A stretch of 56,000 nt of DNA from Cetorhinus maximus (taxonomy: Eukaryota), in NCBI RefSeq assembly GCF_964194155.1, contig NW_027598053.1, forward strand, positions 1 through 56,000, read 5' to 3'. The notes under the pieces are model-generated. The model did not search any database, had not been told where the DNA came from, and was given only the letters and a program-made list of their open reading frames with translations. Each line of letters begins with the position of its first letter. The stretch's first letter is position 1. The translations under genes and the position numbers were made by a program. Shown here piece by piece: positions 1 through 10,109 of the stretch.

Positions 1-158
1 TGTCTCACTGGAAAGACGGTCCCTCCGTCAGGACTGCTCTCCCTCATAACTGGCACCGGAGGTGTCAGCCGTGGATTCTGGGGGCTTGAGTCTCTGGGTT
101 GGGGATTTGAACGCAGCACCTCCTGACTCAGAGGTAAGAGTACTACCCACTGTCATGC
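1..158 (-). mobile_element. tRNA-derived SINE 5' part (DeuSINE/SacSINE1-like), cut by window edge
   Basis: Minus strand reads cagtgggtagtactcttacctctgagtcaggaggtgctgcgttcaaatcccc, with Pol III A/B-box-like motifs; homologous to the copy at 23051-23471. Confidence 0.7.
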
Positions 159-189
159 TGTGTTGAATAAAATTATCTAGCTGGTGTTC

Positions 190-412
190 TAGAATGATGG
201 AATGGTTACAACACGGAAGGGAGGCCATTCAGCCCATCGTGTCTGAGCCAGCCCTCTGCAAGAGCAGCGAACATGATGTCATTCCGCTACCTTTTCCACA
301 TAACCCTGTCAATTTTTCCCCTTCAGATAATGATCCAATTTTCTGTTCAAAACCATGACTGAATCTTCCTCTAAGCCCCTTCATCCCTGGCACCATTCTA
401 GTACATCTCCAA
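190..412 (-). mobile_element. CR1-clade LINE 3' fragment
   Basis: Typical CR1 tail (gatgggctgaatggcctcc on minus) and remnant RT C-terminal peptide TRMVPGMKG. Confidence 0.6.
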
Positions 413-502
413 TCCTCCCACTTCACCAACTGTCAGAATGAACATGGTTCAGTCTTGGATATGATTAACAGCAGCAATAACGGCAAAATCCAACCCCTGT
501 AA

Positions 503-1345
503 TTACTTGTGAACTCGCCGGTGTCTCAGCAGACTGGATAACTGACTGAAACCCTTCCCACACATAGAGCAGGTGAATGGCCTCTCACCAGTATGAATTC
601 GCTGGTGTCTCAGCAGGGTGGATGAATCTCTGAATCCCTTCCCACATTCAGAGCAGATGGACGGTCTCTCCCTGGTGTGAACTCGCTGATGCATCACCAG
701 GTTGCATAACTGAATGAATCCTTTCCCACATCCAGAGCAAGTGAATGGCCTCTTCCCATTGTGAACACGTTGGTGTGTCTGCAGGTGGGATAATTGAGTG
801 AATCCTTTCCCACACTCGGAACAGATGAAAGGCCTCTCCCCGGTGTGAACTCGCTGGTGTGTCAGCAGGTTGGATGACTGAGGGAATCCCTTCCCACATG
901 TAGAGCAGATGAAAGGCTTCTCCCCGGTGTGAACCCGCTGGTGTGTCAGGAGGGCAGATGAATCGCTGAATCCCTTCCCACACTCAGGGCAGGTGAATGG
1001 CCTCTCCCTGGTGTGAACTCGCTGGTGCATCAGCAGGTTGGATGACTGAGTGAATGCCTTCCCACACTCAGAGCAGATAAGTGGCCTCTCCCCAGTGTGA
1101 ACTCGCTTGTGTGTCAGCAGGTGAGATGAATTACTGAATCCCTTCCCACATTCAGAGCAGACGAAAGGCCTCTCCCCGGAGTGAACTCGCTGGTGTTTCA
1201 GCAGGTTGGATGACTGAGCGAATGCTTTCCCACACTCAGAGCAGGTGAAAGGCCTCTCCCCAGTGTGAATGCGTTGATGAGTTTCCAGCGCAGATGGGGT
1301 GCAGAATCCCTTCCCACAGTCCCCACATTTGTACGGTTTCTCCAT
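503..1345 (-). CDS. C2H2 zinc-finger protein A, 280 aa, 10 intact fingers, no effector domain
   Basis: [17 protein letters not shown]... with ten CxxC-x12-HxxxH repeats and TGERP linkers; ATG in caccATGg context; family 3' UTR motif follows at 424-502. Confidence 0.9.
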   Translation of the reverse strand: MEKPYKCGDCGKGFCTPSALETHQRIHTGERPFTCSECGKAFAQSSNLLKHQRVHSGERPFVCSECGKGFSNSSHLLTHKRVHTGERPLICSECGKAFTQSSNLLMHQRVHTRERPFTCPECGKGFSDSSALLTHQRVHTGEKPFICSTCGKGFPQSSNLLTHQRVHTGERPFICSECGKGFTQLSHLQTHQRVHNGKRPFTCSGCGKGFIQLCNLVMHQRVHTRERPSICSECGKGFRDSSTLLRHQRIHTGERPFTCSMCGKGFSQLSSLLRHRRVHK

Positions 1346-1698
1346 GGTGCAGGTGTCCTTGTGTCCCTCCAGGTTAACCGCTCAGTTGAAACCTCGTCTT
1401 CACACAGAACATGTGTACAATCTCTCCCCGCTGTGAATGGCGTAATGTTGTTTCGGACTGTGTAACTGTTTAAAGCTCTTTTCACAGTCAGTGCACTGGA
1501 GCACTGTCACTCAGTTGTCTGTGTCTCATTGCTTTTCCAGTCACACTGATGCTTGAAATGTTTTCCCACAGACAGAACAGGGGAACATTTCTCCTTCCAC
1601 ATTCAAAGGGCTGATGATATTCAGGTCCTGATGAATCCAATAAATCTTGATGCGATATTTGGTTTGAGTTTCCCAGATACAAGTCCTCTCCTAATATC
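1346..1698 (-). other. 5' leader of gene A coding exon: three degenerate fingers and uORF 1588-1541
   Basis: Acceptor ttttgtaaactccttttacag| (AG at 1700-1699); uORF MFPCSVCGKTFQASV*; TGA at 1384-1382, 39 nt upstream of the main ATG. Confidence 0.7.
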
Positions 1699-1958
1699 CT
1701 GTAAAAGGAGTTTACAAAAGTCATCATTGTCAGTGCAGGATAAAAATTCACAACACATAATTCTAGTTTCTACGGAACATTCTTTCTCTCATATTCCCCA
1801 GAAGCAGTAACTCTCTGTCCCACACACTGTCCCTCCATTCTCACTCTGCTGTACCTCCCAAATCTCCTGAAGGTGCCATTTCATGCTGATCAGCAGATCC
1901 ATGTGCACTGCTTCCTGTCCAGGGCACAGGGGCCTTTGAAATCATTATGCAGGCTATT

Positions 1959-1981
1959 TATATATATATATATATATATAT
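1959..1981. repeat. (TA)n microsatellite
   Basis: About 11 TA units read directly. Confidence 0.95.
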
Positions 1982-2034
1982 GGAAACATTACTGGATTTA
2001 AAATGTGCATAATATACACTGCATTACTTGATTA

Positions 2035-2285
2035 AAGGTACAGAGAGGATGCAAGGAAGAGCTTTATTTAGGAGCGAGTGTGCATGACCTGGAACTCACT
2101 GCCTACAAGGGTGGAGGAACTCGTGATGATCAGTGATTTCAAAATGAAATTGGTGGACACTTGAAGGAAATAAACTTGTAGGAGAACGGGGTATAGAGGG
2201 AGAATGGGATGGATAGCTCTACAGAGGGTTGGCATGGACTTGAGTTGCTGAATGCATTCCTGTGCTGTAATGACTCGATGACTGG
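2035..2285 (+). mobile_element. CR1 LINE 3' fragment
   Basis: cctggaactcactgcct...gtggaggaa...ttcaaaatgaaattgg...tgtgctgtaatgactc, like other CR1 tails in the window. Confidence 0.6.
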
Positions 2286-2317
2286 AAATATATAACGGTA
2301 GCTAGAGTACTATATTA

Positions 2318-3035
2318 CAAACAAAAACAGAATTACCTGGAAAAACTCAGCAGGTCTGGCAGCATCGGTGGAGAAGAAAAGAGTTGACGTTTTGAGTCCA
2401 CATGACCCTTCAACAGAACTGAAGTATAGTTAGGAGAGGGGTGAAATATAAGCTGGTTTAAGGTGGGGGGCGGGGGGAGAGAAGTTGAGGGTGGGGTGGT
2501 TGTGGGGACAAGCAAGCAGTGATAGGAGCAGATAATCAAAAGATGTCACAGACAAAAGGATCAAAGAGGTGTTGAAGGTGGTGATATTATCTAAGAAAAG
2601 TGCTAATTAAGAATGGATGGCAGGACACTCAAGGTACAGCTCTAGTGGGGGTGGGGTGGAAAGACTGACAAGGTATTAGTTGTAGATTTAAAAATAATGT
2701 AAATAGGTGGGAAAAGAAGAATCTATATAAATTATTGAAAAAAAAACAAAAGGGAGGGGGAAGAAACGGGGTGGGGATGGGGGGAGGGGGAGTTTAAGAT
2801 CTAAAGTTGTTGAATTCAATATTCAGCCCGGAAGGCTGTAAAGTGCCTAGTCGGAAGATGAGGTGCTGTTCCTCCAGTTTGCCCTAACTATACTTCAGTT
2901 CTGTTGAAGGGTCATGTTGGACTCGAAAGGTCAACTCTTTTCTTCTCCACCGATGCTGCCAGACCTGCTGAGTTTTTCCAGGTAATTCTGTTTTTGTTTT
3001 GGATTTCCAGCATCCGCAGTAACTTTTTGTTTTTA
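2318..3035 (-). mobile_element. Penelope-like element 3' end with inverted pseudo-LTR copy
   Basis: 2800-2880(-) encodes ...KLEEQHLIFRLGTLQPSGLNIEFNNF, homologous to the 12956-13285 endonuclease end; the tail at 2320-2432(-) recurs inverted at 2884-2999(+). Confidence 0.75.
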
Positions 3036-3439
3036 TCACTATATTACAAGACTAGACATATTTATAAATGAAAGTTATTATCGGTCAACAAAAAATATAT
3101 CAAATATTTACCATATAAAAACATTGGACATATCTCTGCCCTATATTAGTTTACTGCCACCTTAAATGTCAGGCATCTCCTGGGGAATCCGACTATTTTA
3201 TTGGAAATACTAGGAAAGAGGCTATCCTTTTAGCCAGACAAATAAATGTGTCAAGCTGAGGGAGTAAAGGATGTCAATGTCTTTAAGAGAGAGCGAGAGA
3301 GAAAGAGAGACCTGGGCCAACCTTTCCAGAGTCTGCACCCTCACTGGATTCACTTACTTTCCCTTCAGTACTTGCAGGTCAACAATTTAAACCCAGAATT
3401 AGAAAAGAAATGGAAAGGGGGAGAAAAAGAAAGTGTTTT

Positions 3440-4253
3440 ACTCACAGGTATTTGACACGAGACTGGGGAGAAAGTTTTCGTGTGTGTGAAGCTAAATCCT
3501 CATTCAGAGAGAGAAACAGCATCAGCAGCTTTGCTGGGCAGTAATGGACAGGTTTAAAAGCTCATTGTCCAACATCCGCATTCAAACAATGGGGGAAGCT
3601 CCGTGTCGGCAATGCGACAGTGCCCGCGCTCTGATTGGTTGGAGGACCATCCACCTTCCGGTCGTCCAGCTCCTCCCATTGGCTAACCTCGGTCCGACCA
3701 CAATGAGGGAGAGTAACCCGAGCGCGTGTTCGGTGGAGAGAGTTTGACCATCAAGTCCACTGCACTCAATGTGAACTGGGAACGCTCCTCTGAATCATTG
3801 TGACGCCTGAATCAGCCAATAGGACTGACTGTGCTCCGCGGTGACGTCCTCGGGTTCCAGTTTGCAGACCAGGCGCGCGGACACGGTAGCCCCACCCATT
3901 GTTCCCCATCCCCCTAACCTCCTCGAGCCAAAGTTTCCAGGCAACCGGCTGACGGCTCCGGCCAGAGCGAGAAGCCGCTCAGCGAATTCCCCCTCCCCGC
4001 TCTGTCTACGGCGACTGGCTGGTCCAAAAAGAGATCGAGAGCGACCGCTGACGACAGCCGCACTGCGCCTGCTCCGGACAGAAAGCGCTTTCTGCGCCTG
4101 CGTGCTGGGCTGCCAGCTATGGGAGTGGGGAGGGGACTGTGTAAAATGTCTTCTCCTCATTTTCTTCCAATGCAATTTGATTTTAAACGGCACAGCATTT
4201 GTGTTTAGCTTCATAAACATTAAAACTTCTTCCTCGGTCCAACATCTGTGAGT
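3440..4253. promoter_or_regulatory. Bidirectional CpG-rich promoter shared by head-to-head genes A and B
   Basis: CpG-rich 3540-4140 with CCAAT boxes, gtgacgtc CRE-like sites and NRF1-like tgcgcctgcg; homologous exon-1 ends with GTGAGT donors on both sides (3445 minus, 4248 plus). Confidence 0.7.
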
Positions 4254-4274
4254 AAATCACTTTCTTTCCTTCCC

Positions 4275-4572
4275 CTGGGAAGTACAGAGAGTTGCGGGAC
4301 TCTGTAACTGGAATTAGTGCCAAATATGCTGAGGGGGGAAATGCTGGTGATTTTGTGGAACCAGGCTGATTCTCCAGCTGTTTAAAGTCATATTTATCCG
4401 GTCTATTGAAATGCTATTTGTCTGTTAATGCAGGCTTCATTTATGTTGAATTTAGTTTGATTGTTACCGGAATCGTTTTTAAAAAATAAAACCTTGTCCT
4501 TCTGTTTATTCCGTTGGGGTTGTCTGGGAATTTGTTTATTTTAAGGTTATTGGTTTCCACAGGGATCGTAAC
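4275..4572 (+). mobile_element. LTR-like 3' fragment (unclassified)
   Basis: AATAAA near 4485, then T-rich sequence ending ...gggatcgtaaca (CA end); no internal ORF. Confidence 0.35.
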
Positions 4573-4671
4573 AACAGAGAAATGTCTAGTTATTTATTAT
4601 TCTGTATTAAAGTTCATTTATTATTATTTCTAGTCCTGTAATAATACTGTAGCTGCATTATATATTTCCGG

Positions 4672-4925
4672 TCATAGACTCATTACAGCACAGATGGTGT
4701 CCAATTGGAAACTCAGATCCATGCTGACATTCTGTAGAGTAATCCAGTGAGTCCCATTCTCCATCTGTATCCTCGTTCCCCTGAAAGTTTTTCTTTCAAC
4801 TCCCTATCCAATTTAATTTTGAAACCATTGATCATCTCCGGTTCTGCCATCCTCATAGGCATCGAGTTCCAGGTCATGACTACTTGATGTCTAAATAAAG
4901 TTCTTCCTCATATCCCCTCTGTATT
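4672..4925 (-). mobile_element. CR1 LINE 3' fragment
   Basis: Reverse complement of the same CR1 tail type as 2035-2285. Confidence 0.55.
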
Positions 4926-5618
4926 GCTAATCAAGTATTACAATCTTTTTGGCTCCTTCAGGAGAATTGGGAGTGTATTAATGAGATATAACAGAGTGAG
5001 AATGAAGGGAGTAAAAACAGAAAATGGTGCAAAAAACTCAGCAGGTCTGGCAGCATATGTGGAGCAAGAAACAGAGCTAACATTTTGAATCTGTCTGAAC
5101 ATTCCTGAGAGCTCAAAATGCAGGGAGCATGTTGGGGATGGAGATTTACAGCATTTGGGGAATGAGAGGGGAAAGAATGTTCCATAAAAACTAGAATTGT
5201 CTGTTCTGAATTTCTATCGCAGACTTTCTGTGATGACTTTTGTAAACTCCTTTTACAGGACATTAGAAGGGGATGATTTGCAGTCAGAAAGCTCAAACCA
5301 AAGGTCACGTCAAGATCTGGCAGAGCCACTTGATTCATCGGGATCTGAATATCAGCAGCCTTTGAACCTAGAATAAATATTTGTCTGTTATGTCTGCTTC
5401 AAAATATTTGAAACATCAGTGTGACTGGAAAAGCACCGATTCTCACACACCCGAGTGAGTGTGTTCCAATGCACTGGCTTTGGAACGAGCTATGAACTGT
5501 TATACAGTCTGAAGAAACATTGCCGCGTTCACAGCCGGGAAGACCGTACACAGGTTCTGTGTGTGAATGAGGCTTCAACTGATTGTCAAACCTGGAGAGA
5601 CACAAGGGCACTCGCACC

Positions 5619-6208
5619 ATGGAGAAACCATGGAAATGTCGGGATTGTGGGAAGGGATTCCGATGCCCGTCTGCACTGGAAATTCATCAGCGCAGTAACA
5701 CTGGGGAGAAGCCATTCACCTGCTCTGAGTGTGGGAAGGCATTCAGTGGTTCATGGCAGCTGCACGCACACCAGCGAGTTCATGCAGTGGAGAGGCCGTT
5801 CACCTGCTCTCAGCGTGGCAAGGGATTCAGTGATTCATCAACCCTGCTGAGACACCAGCGAGTTCACACCGGGGAGAGGCCATTCACCTGCTCTCATTGT
5901 GGGAAAGGATTCACTCGGTTATTCAACTTGCAGACACATCAGCGAGTCCACACCGGGGAGAGGCCGTTCACCTGCTCTGTGTGTGGGAAGGGTTTCACCC
6001 AGTCATCCAACCTGCTGCTACACCAGCAACTTCACACTGGGAAGAGGTCATTCCCTGCTCTCAGTGTGGGAAGGGATTCACTCGATTATCCAGCCTGCAG
6101 AGGCGCCAGCGAGTTCACACCGGGGAGAGGCCTTTCATCTGCTCTGTGTGTGGGAGGGGATTCACTCAGTCATCCCATCTGCAGACACACCAGCGTGTTC
6201 ACAAGTGA
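5619..6208 (+). pseudogene. C2H2 zinc-finger gene B, 7 fingers, probable pseudogene
   Basis: MEKPWKC start; 1-nt deletion after 6053 (ttc[a]cctgc) shifts the frame; three fingers lost a ligand (HQRSN, CSQR, RRQRVH). Acceptor at 5258; leader TGA at 5580. Confidence 0.8.
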
Positions 6209-6684
6209 TCACAGCGATTGGATTCTGATCTTATTGCTGCTGTTAATCACGTCCAGAACTGAACCGTGTTCATCCTGACAGTTGGTGAAGTGGGAGGATC
6301 CCTTTATACTGGACTGGCCGGTCTCACAACTTTGTTTCCAGTGGGCTGATGCTCTTTGAGGCTTGTTGCGAATATCCATTGCACATTTCATATGGATCAT
6401 AAAATAAAATGCTATATGGATGGAAAAAGATTTCTGTTTGGAACCTCCCAAAGCATGCCATGTTGCCATGGAGATGGACTGTTGGAGTTAGAAGGTTCTT
6501 TTGTTTAATTTATCTGGGTGTTTCCCACAGAAGGCAGTTGCACATCTGGGATTGTGTAGTTTGCAGCTCACTTGGACTTGGTGAGGGAAAAGAAGCTGGA
6601 AGATTTGCCTGGCTTGGAGCTAGAGGATGAAATCTACAGTGACCCTCCCAGAGAAAGGCCTTGTGGTAGAAAGCAGTTAATCAT

Positions 6685-7385
6685 ATGAATTAGGAGCATG
6701 TGTAGGCCATTCAGGCCTGTGAGCCTGCTCGGACATGTGATAAAATCATAGCTGATCTGATTGAGGCCCCAACTCTACTTTCCTGTCTACCCCCATAATC
6801 TTTGACTCCCTGTCAATCATGAATTAACTCAACCTCAAAATTATTCAATAGCCTCCACTGCTTTCTGGTGAAGAGAATTCCACAATTGACGACCCTGTGA
6901 GAGGACAAATTTCTCATCTCTGTCTCAAATGAGAGACCCCTTATGTTTAAACAGTGGCCCCTAATTGTGGTCTCTCCCATAAGGAGAAACATCCTCAGCC
7001 TCCAAAGTGGCCTGGAGGCACAGATTTGTTTCAGCGCAAAAGGAGGCCATTCAGCCCATCGTGACTGCACCGGCTCTTTGAATGGTCATTTGATTTAGAC
7101 CCGTTCTCCCGCCTTCTACCTATAACCCTGCACGTTCTTCCTTTTCCGGTAACAGTATAATTCCCTTTTGAATGCTTCAATTGAACCTGCCTCCACCACA
7201 CTCCCAGGCAGTGCATTCCAGACCTTAACCACTCGATGCGTGAAGAAGGTTTTCCTCGTGTCACTTTTGCTTCTTTTACCAACTACTTTAAATCTGTGCC
7301 CTCTCGTTTTAGATCCTTTCAAAAGGGGGAACTCATCACATTCTCCCCATCAACCCTGTCCAGACCCCTCATGATTTTGAATACA
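6685..7385 (-). mobile_element. Two adjacent CR1 LINE 3' fragments
   Basis: Peptides TIRGHCLNIRG and KTRGHRFKVVG...FFTHRVVKVWNALPGSVVEAGSIEAFKRELY, typical of the CR1 ORF2 C-terminus. Confidence 0.8.
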
Positions 7386-7389
7386 CTTC

Positions 7390-7685
7390 CAGCCCACTGA
7401 AACACCAGTTCTTCACACTGGGGAGAGGCCATTCACCTGCTCTGAGTGTGGGAAGGGATTCCCTCATCATCCCACCTACTGGCACACCAGGGAGTTCACA
7501 AGTAACTATCGTGATTGGATTTTGCTGTTAATCACAAACAGAATTGAACTATGTTCAATGGGGTCTGTTTCTGCTGATGTTAATAAACTCCAGCCCAGTT
7601 ATAGGGCATAGTATTGTGGATAAAATTCAAATCAGCAGCTTTGTGTTAAATACAGTGTGTTGAGTCTTTTTAGTATCTCTGAGAC
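7390..7685 (+). pseudogene. ZNF remnant: last ~1.5 fingers plus family 3' UTR
   Basis: cacactggggagaggccattcacctgctctgagtgtgggaaggg...gttcacaagtaa followed by the UTR motif; 5' side abuts a CR1 fragment. Confidence 0.8.
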
Positions 7686-7689
7686 AAGT

Positions 7690-8550
7690 TAGTTCCTTTT
7701 GAAGGGCTCTCCCTCTCCCCTGTCTCCTCCATCCTCATCGCCAACAAGTGTGAGAAGCTCATGGAGTTTCTTTGTCACTAAGATTGAAACAATTTGATCA
7801 GCTGCCTCTGCTGCCTCCCTCCCTTCCACTAGATCACCAGTCCAATTGACCTTGAATGTTCCCCCCTCGCCCTGCACGTGCATCTTTCTGTAGTTTCTCT
7901 CCCATGTCCCCTCGTTCCTTCTCAGCACTTAGCTTTGCCATGAGACCCATCTCCTGCTACCCCAGCCCTGTTTTCACTCATCTGTTGATCTCCAAGCTTC
8001 CCATGTTCGTTAACATTGTTAACAGTTCTCTCTCTTCAGTTACTGCTCCTCTCTCCTTCAAATCTGACATTATCACCCCCTCCTCAATAAAATCAACCAT
8101 TGATCCCACCATCCTTGCAAACCACTCCAAGCTCCCTTTCCCCTTCTAAGTCCTGAAATGTGTTGACACCTCCCAAATCCTGCCCATCTTTTTGGAATTC
8201 CATTTTTGAATCTGAACATATGAAATATGAGCAGAAGTAGGCCATTTGGCCCCTCGACAAATAAGATTTCTGCCTCTGCCACGTTATCAAAGTAACTCTT
8301 CTCAGTCCCTAACTGCATCCAATGTAACCAAGGTAAACTCTCCCTCATTGTCCTTTGACCTTCTTGGCCCATCTACAGTCTTTGACACAATTGACCAAAC
8401 CATCCATAGGGATGGTGAATAAATGCTGGCCTAGCCACATCTCATGAATGAATTATAACAAAAATTCCTTCAATGCCTCTTCACTGTTGTCCAGCTGGGT
8501 GGGACTGATCCCTGATTCCTTTCTTATCAAATTGTAGCAAGAGGATCAAC
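7690..8550 (+). mobile_element. L2-type LINE RT fragment, decayed
   Basis: Homologous to 15255-15930(+) and 31255-32210(-); the latter encodes NYCPISSLSFLSKVL and HSTETALIQITNDIL. Confidence 0.65.
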
Positions 8551-8959
8551 TGCAGTAGCAGTGATTATTTGAGGTTTTTTTTACAAACTGACTCACTGGG
8601 AAAATGATCAGGTGTCACTGGACATTAACATAAAAATGTTCCATTATCAGTCTCACATTGATTGTCTCTTACAGACCAAGTCCTTCTAAATATATCACCG
8701 CTCCTGGATCAACAGGAAAAAGTGAAGACGGTATAGTCCATAACCCAATCTAACAGCAGTAAAAATATCTGAAAATTCCCATTAAAATGCAAGGCATTGC
8801 AGAGCAACTGTGGCTTCTGTGACTTATTGAAACCGAGTCATTACACAGATTGGCCAAAAGCTCCATTATTGCAGGATGCGGATGGTAGAAGATGGAGTTT
8901 GATCCTTCTTATTTTTCAACACCGACATTAGCGGAATCTCACCCCCACTTCCCTAGAAT

Positions 8960-9420
8960 CAAATGAAGATTAAGTGAGTTCGATCTCTAATGGCGGCCGC
9001 AGTACCCACAATACCACACGGCTCAGAAACCGCTCTATCTGCCGCGGGTTGGCCGGGTGGGTCGCGCATGCTCGGAGGGTCCTGGTCTCTTTGTTTGAGG
9101 TTGTTCCCCGGGAAGAAGCCGGAAGCGGCGGATAGTGAGAGTGGAGAATGTTCATTGTTTAATATTCGGCTCTGGGGCCGCACTCGGGATTTGTAAACCC
9201 CGCCCCCCTGCCCGGGGTTTATCCACCTGACAGTTCACGATGCGCGGCTGATTGACGGCGGAGCTAGACCAATAGGAAGAGGGGGCGGGGTTGGGGGCAT
9301 GAGCACTGACGGCTGATCCTCCAACCAATTAGAGTGAATGAGGGGCGGGGCTGAGTCCAGATCAGCCTCATTGGCTGAAACTCTGCATCATTTTGAAATG
9401 GGCAATTGGAGATGTCACAG
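8960..9420. promoter_or_regulatory. Copy of the ZNF CpG promoter module, no intact gene adjacent
   Basis: atggcggc (YY1-like), tacccacaatac (ZNF143-like), gcgcatgc, tgattgacgg-N10-ccaat, two GC boxes and a second CCAAT; paralogous to 16520-17420. Confidence 0.65.
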
Positions 9421-9429
9421 AGCTGGAAG

Positions 9430-9995
9430 CAGGCAGCCTGGAGTATTGTGTGCAGTTTTCGTCTCCTTACCGAAGAAAGGATATACTTGTCACAGAGGAA
9501 GTGCCTGCAAAGCTTCACCATCCTGATTCCTGGGATGGCAGGATTGTTGTATGAGGAGAGTTTTGGGTCGACTAGGGCTGTATTCACTGGAGTTCAGAAG
9601 AATGAGAGGGGCCGTCATTGAAACGTTTAAAATTCGGACAGAAGTGTACAGACTGGATGCAGGGATGATGTTTCCCCAGGCTGGGTTTGGAGGGGTGGGT
9701 GGTGGGGGGCGTCTGGAACAAGGGGTCAGTCTCAGGATATGGTGCAGGCCATTTCGGACTGAGTTGCGGTGAAATTTATTTGCTCAGTGCATGGTGAACC
9801 TGTGGAATTGTCTACCACAAAAGGCTGTGGAGGCCAAATCGCTGAATAGATTTCTAGACATGAAAGGCATCAAGGTGTTTGGGAAAAGAGGGGGAGTATG
9901 ATGTTGAGGTAGAGGGTCAGCCATGATCACTTGAATGGAAGAGCAGGCTCGAGGGGCCAAATGGCCTACTCCTGCTCCTATTTTCTATGTTTCTA
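9430..9995 (+). mobile_element. CR1 LINE 3' fragment
   Basis: ctggagtattgtgtgcagtt motif, RLGLYSLEFRRMRG peptide, tail ggggccaaatggcctactcctgctcctattttctatgtttcta. Confidence 0.85.
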
Positions 9996-10109
9996 AGTGT
10001 CTATGCCTTGGTAAAGGAGCGGATGTTGGTCACAAAATCAGCTCAGGGTGAAATCAACGTTGAGATGATGAACAATGTGGCTCAGACTCAGACAGTGGCC
10101 AGAATAACA

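Noticed and set aside
648-983. Alternative-frame and antisense ORFs over finger arrays (e.g. MWEGIQ..., 20200-20619, 32633-32902)
   Set aside because: Expected shadows of repetitive finger codons; no independent coding evidence.
1346-1588. Selenocysteine or read-through recoding of the conserved leader TGAs, with the 3' UTR element as SECIS
   Set aside because: The leaders have extra stops and frameshifts (the two TGAs in G are 163 nt apart), the TGAs are not at Cys positions, gene E has CGA there, and no AUGA/AA/GA SECIS core was seen.
2740-2792. G-quadruplex-like G runs
   Set aside because: Part of the Penelope 3' UTR purine/pyrimidine tract; nothing locus-specific.
3795-4251. Overlapping 136-141 aa ORFs in the CpG island (also 17234-17647, 26359-26760, 51729-52253)
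   Set aside because: GC-rich, stop-poor sequence with no recognisable domain.
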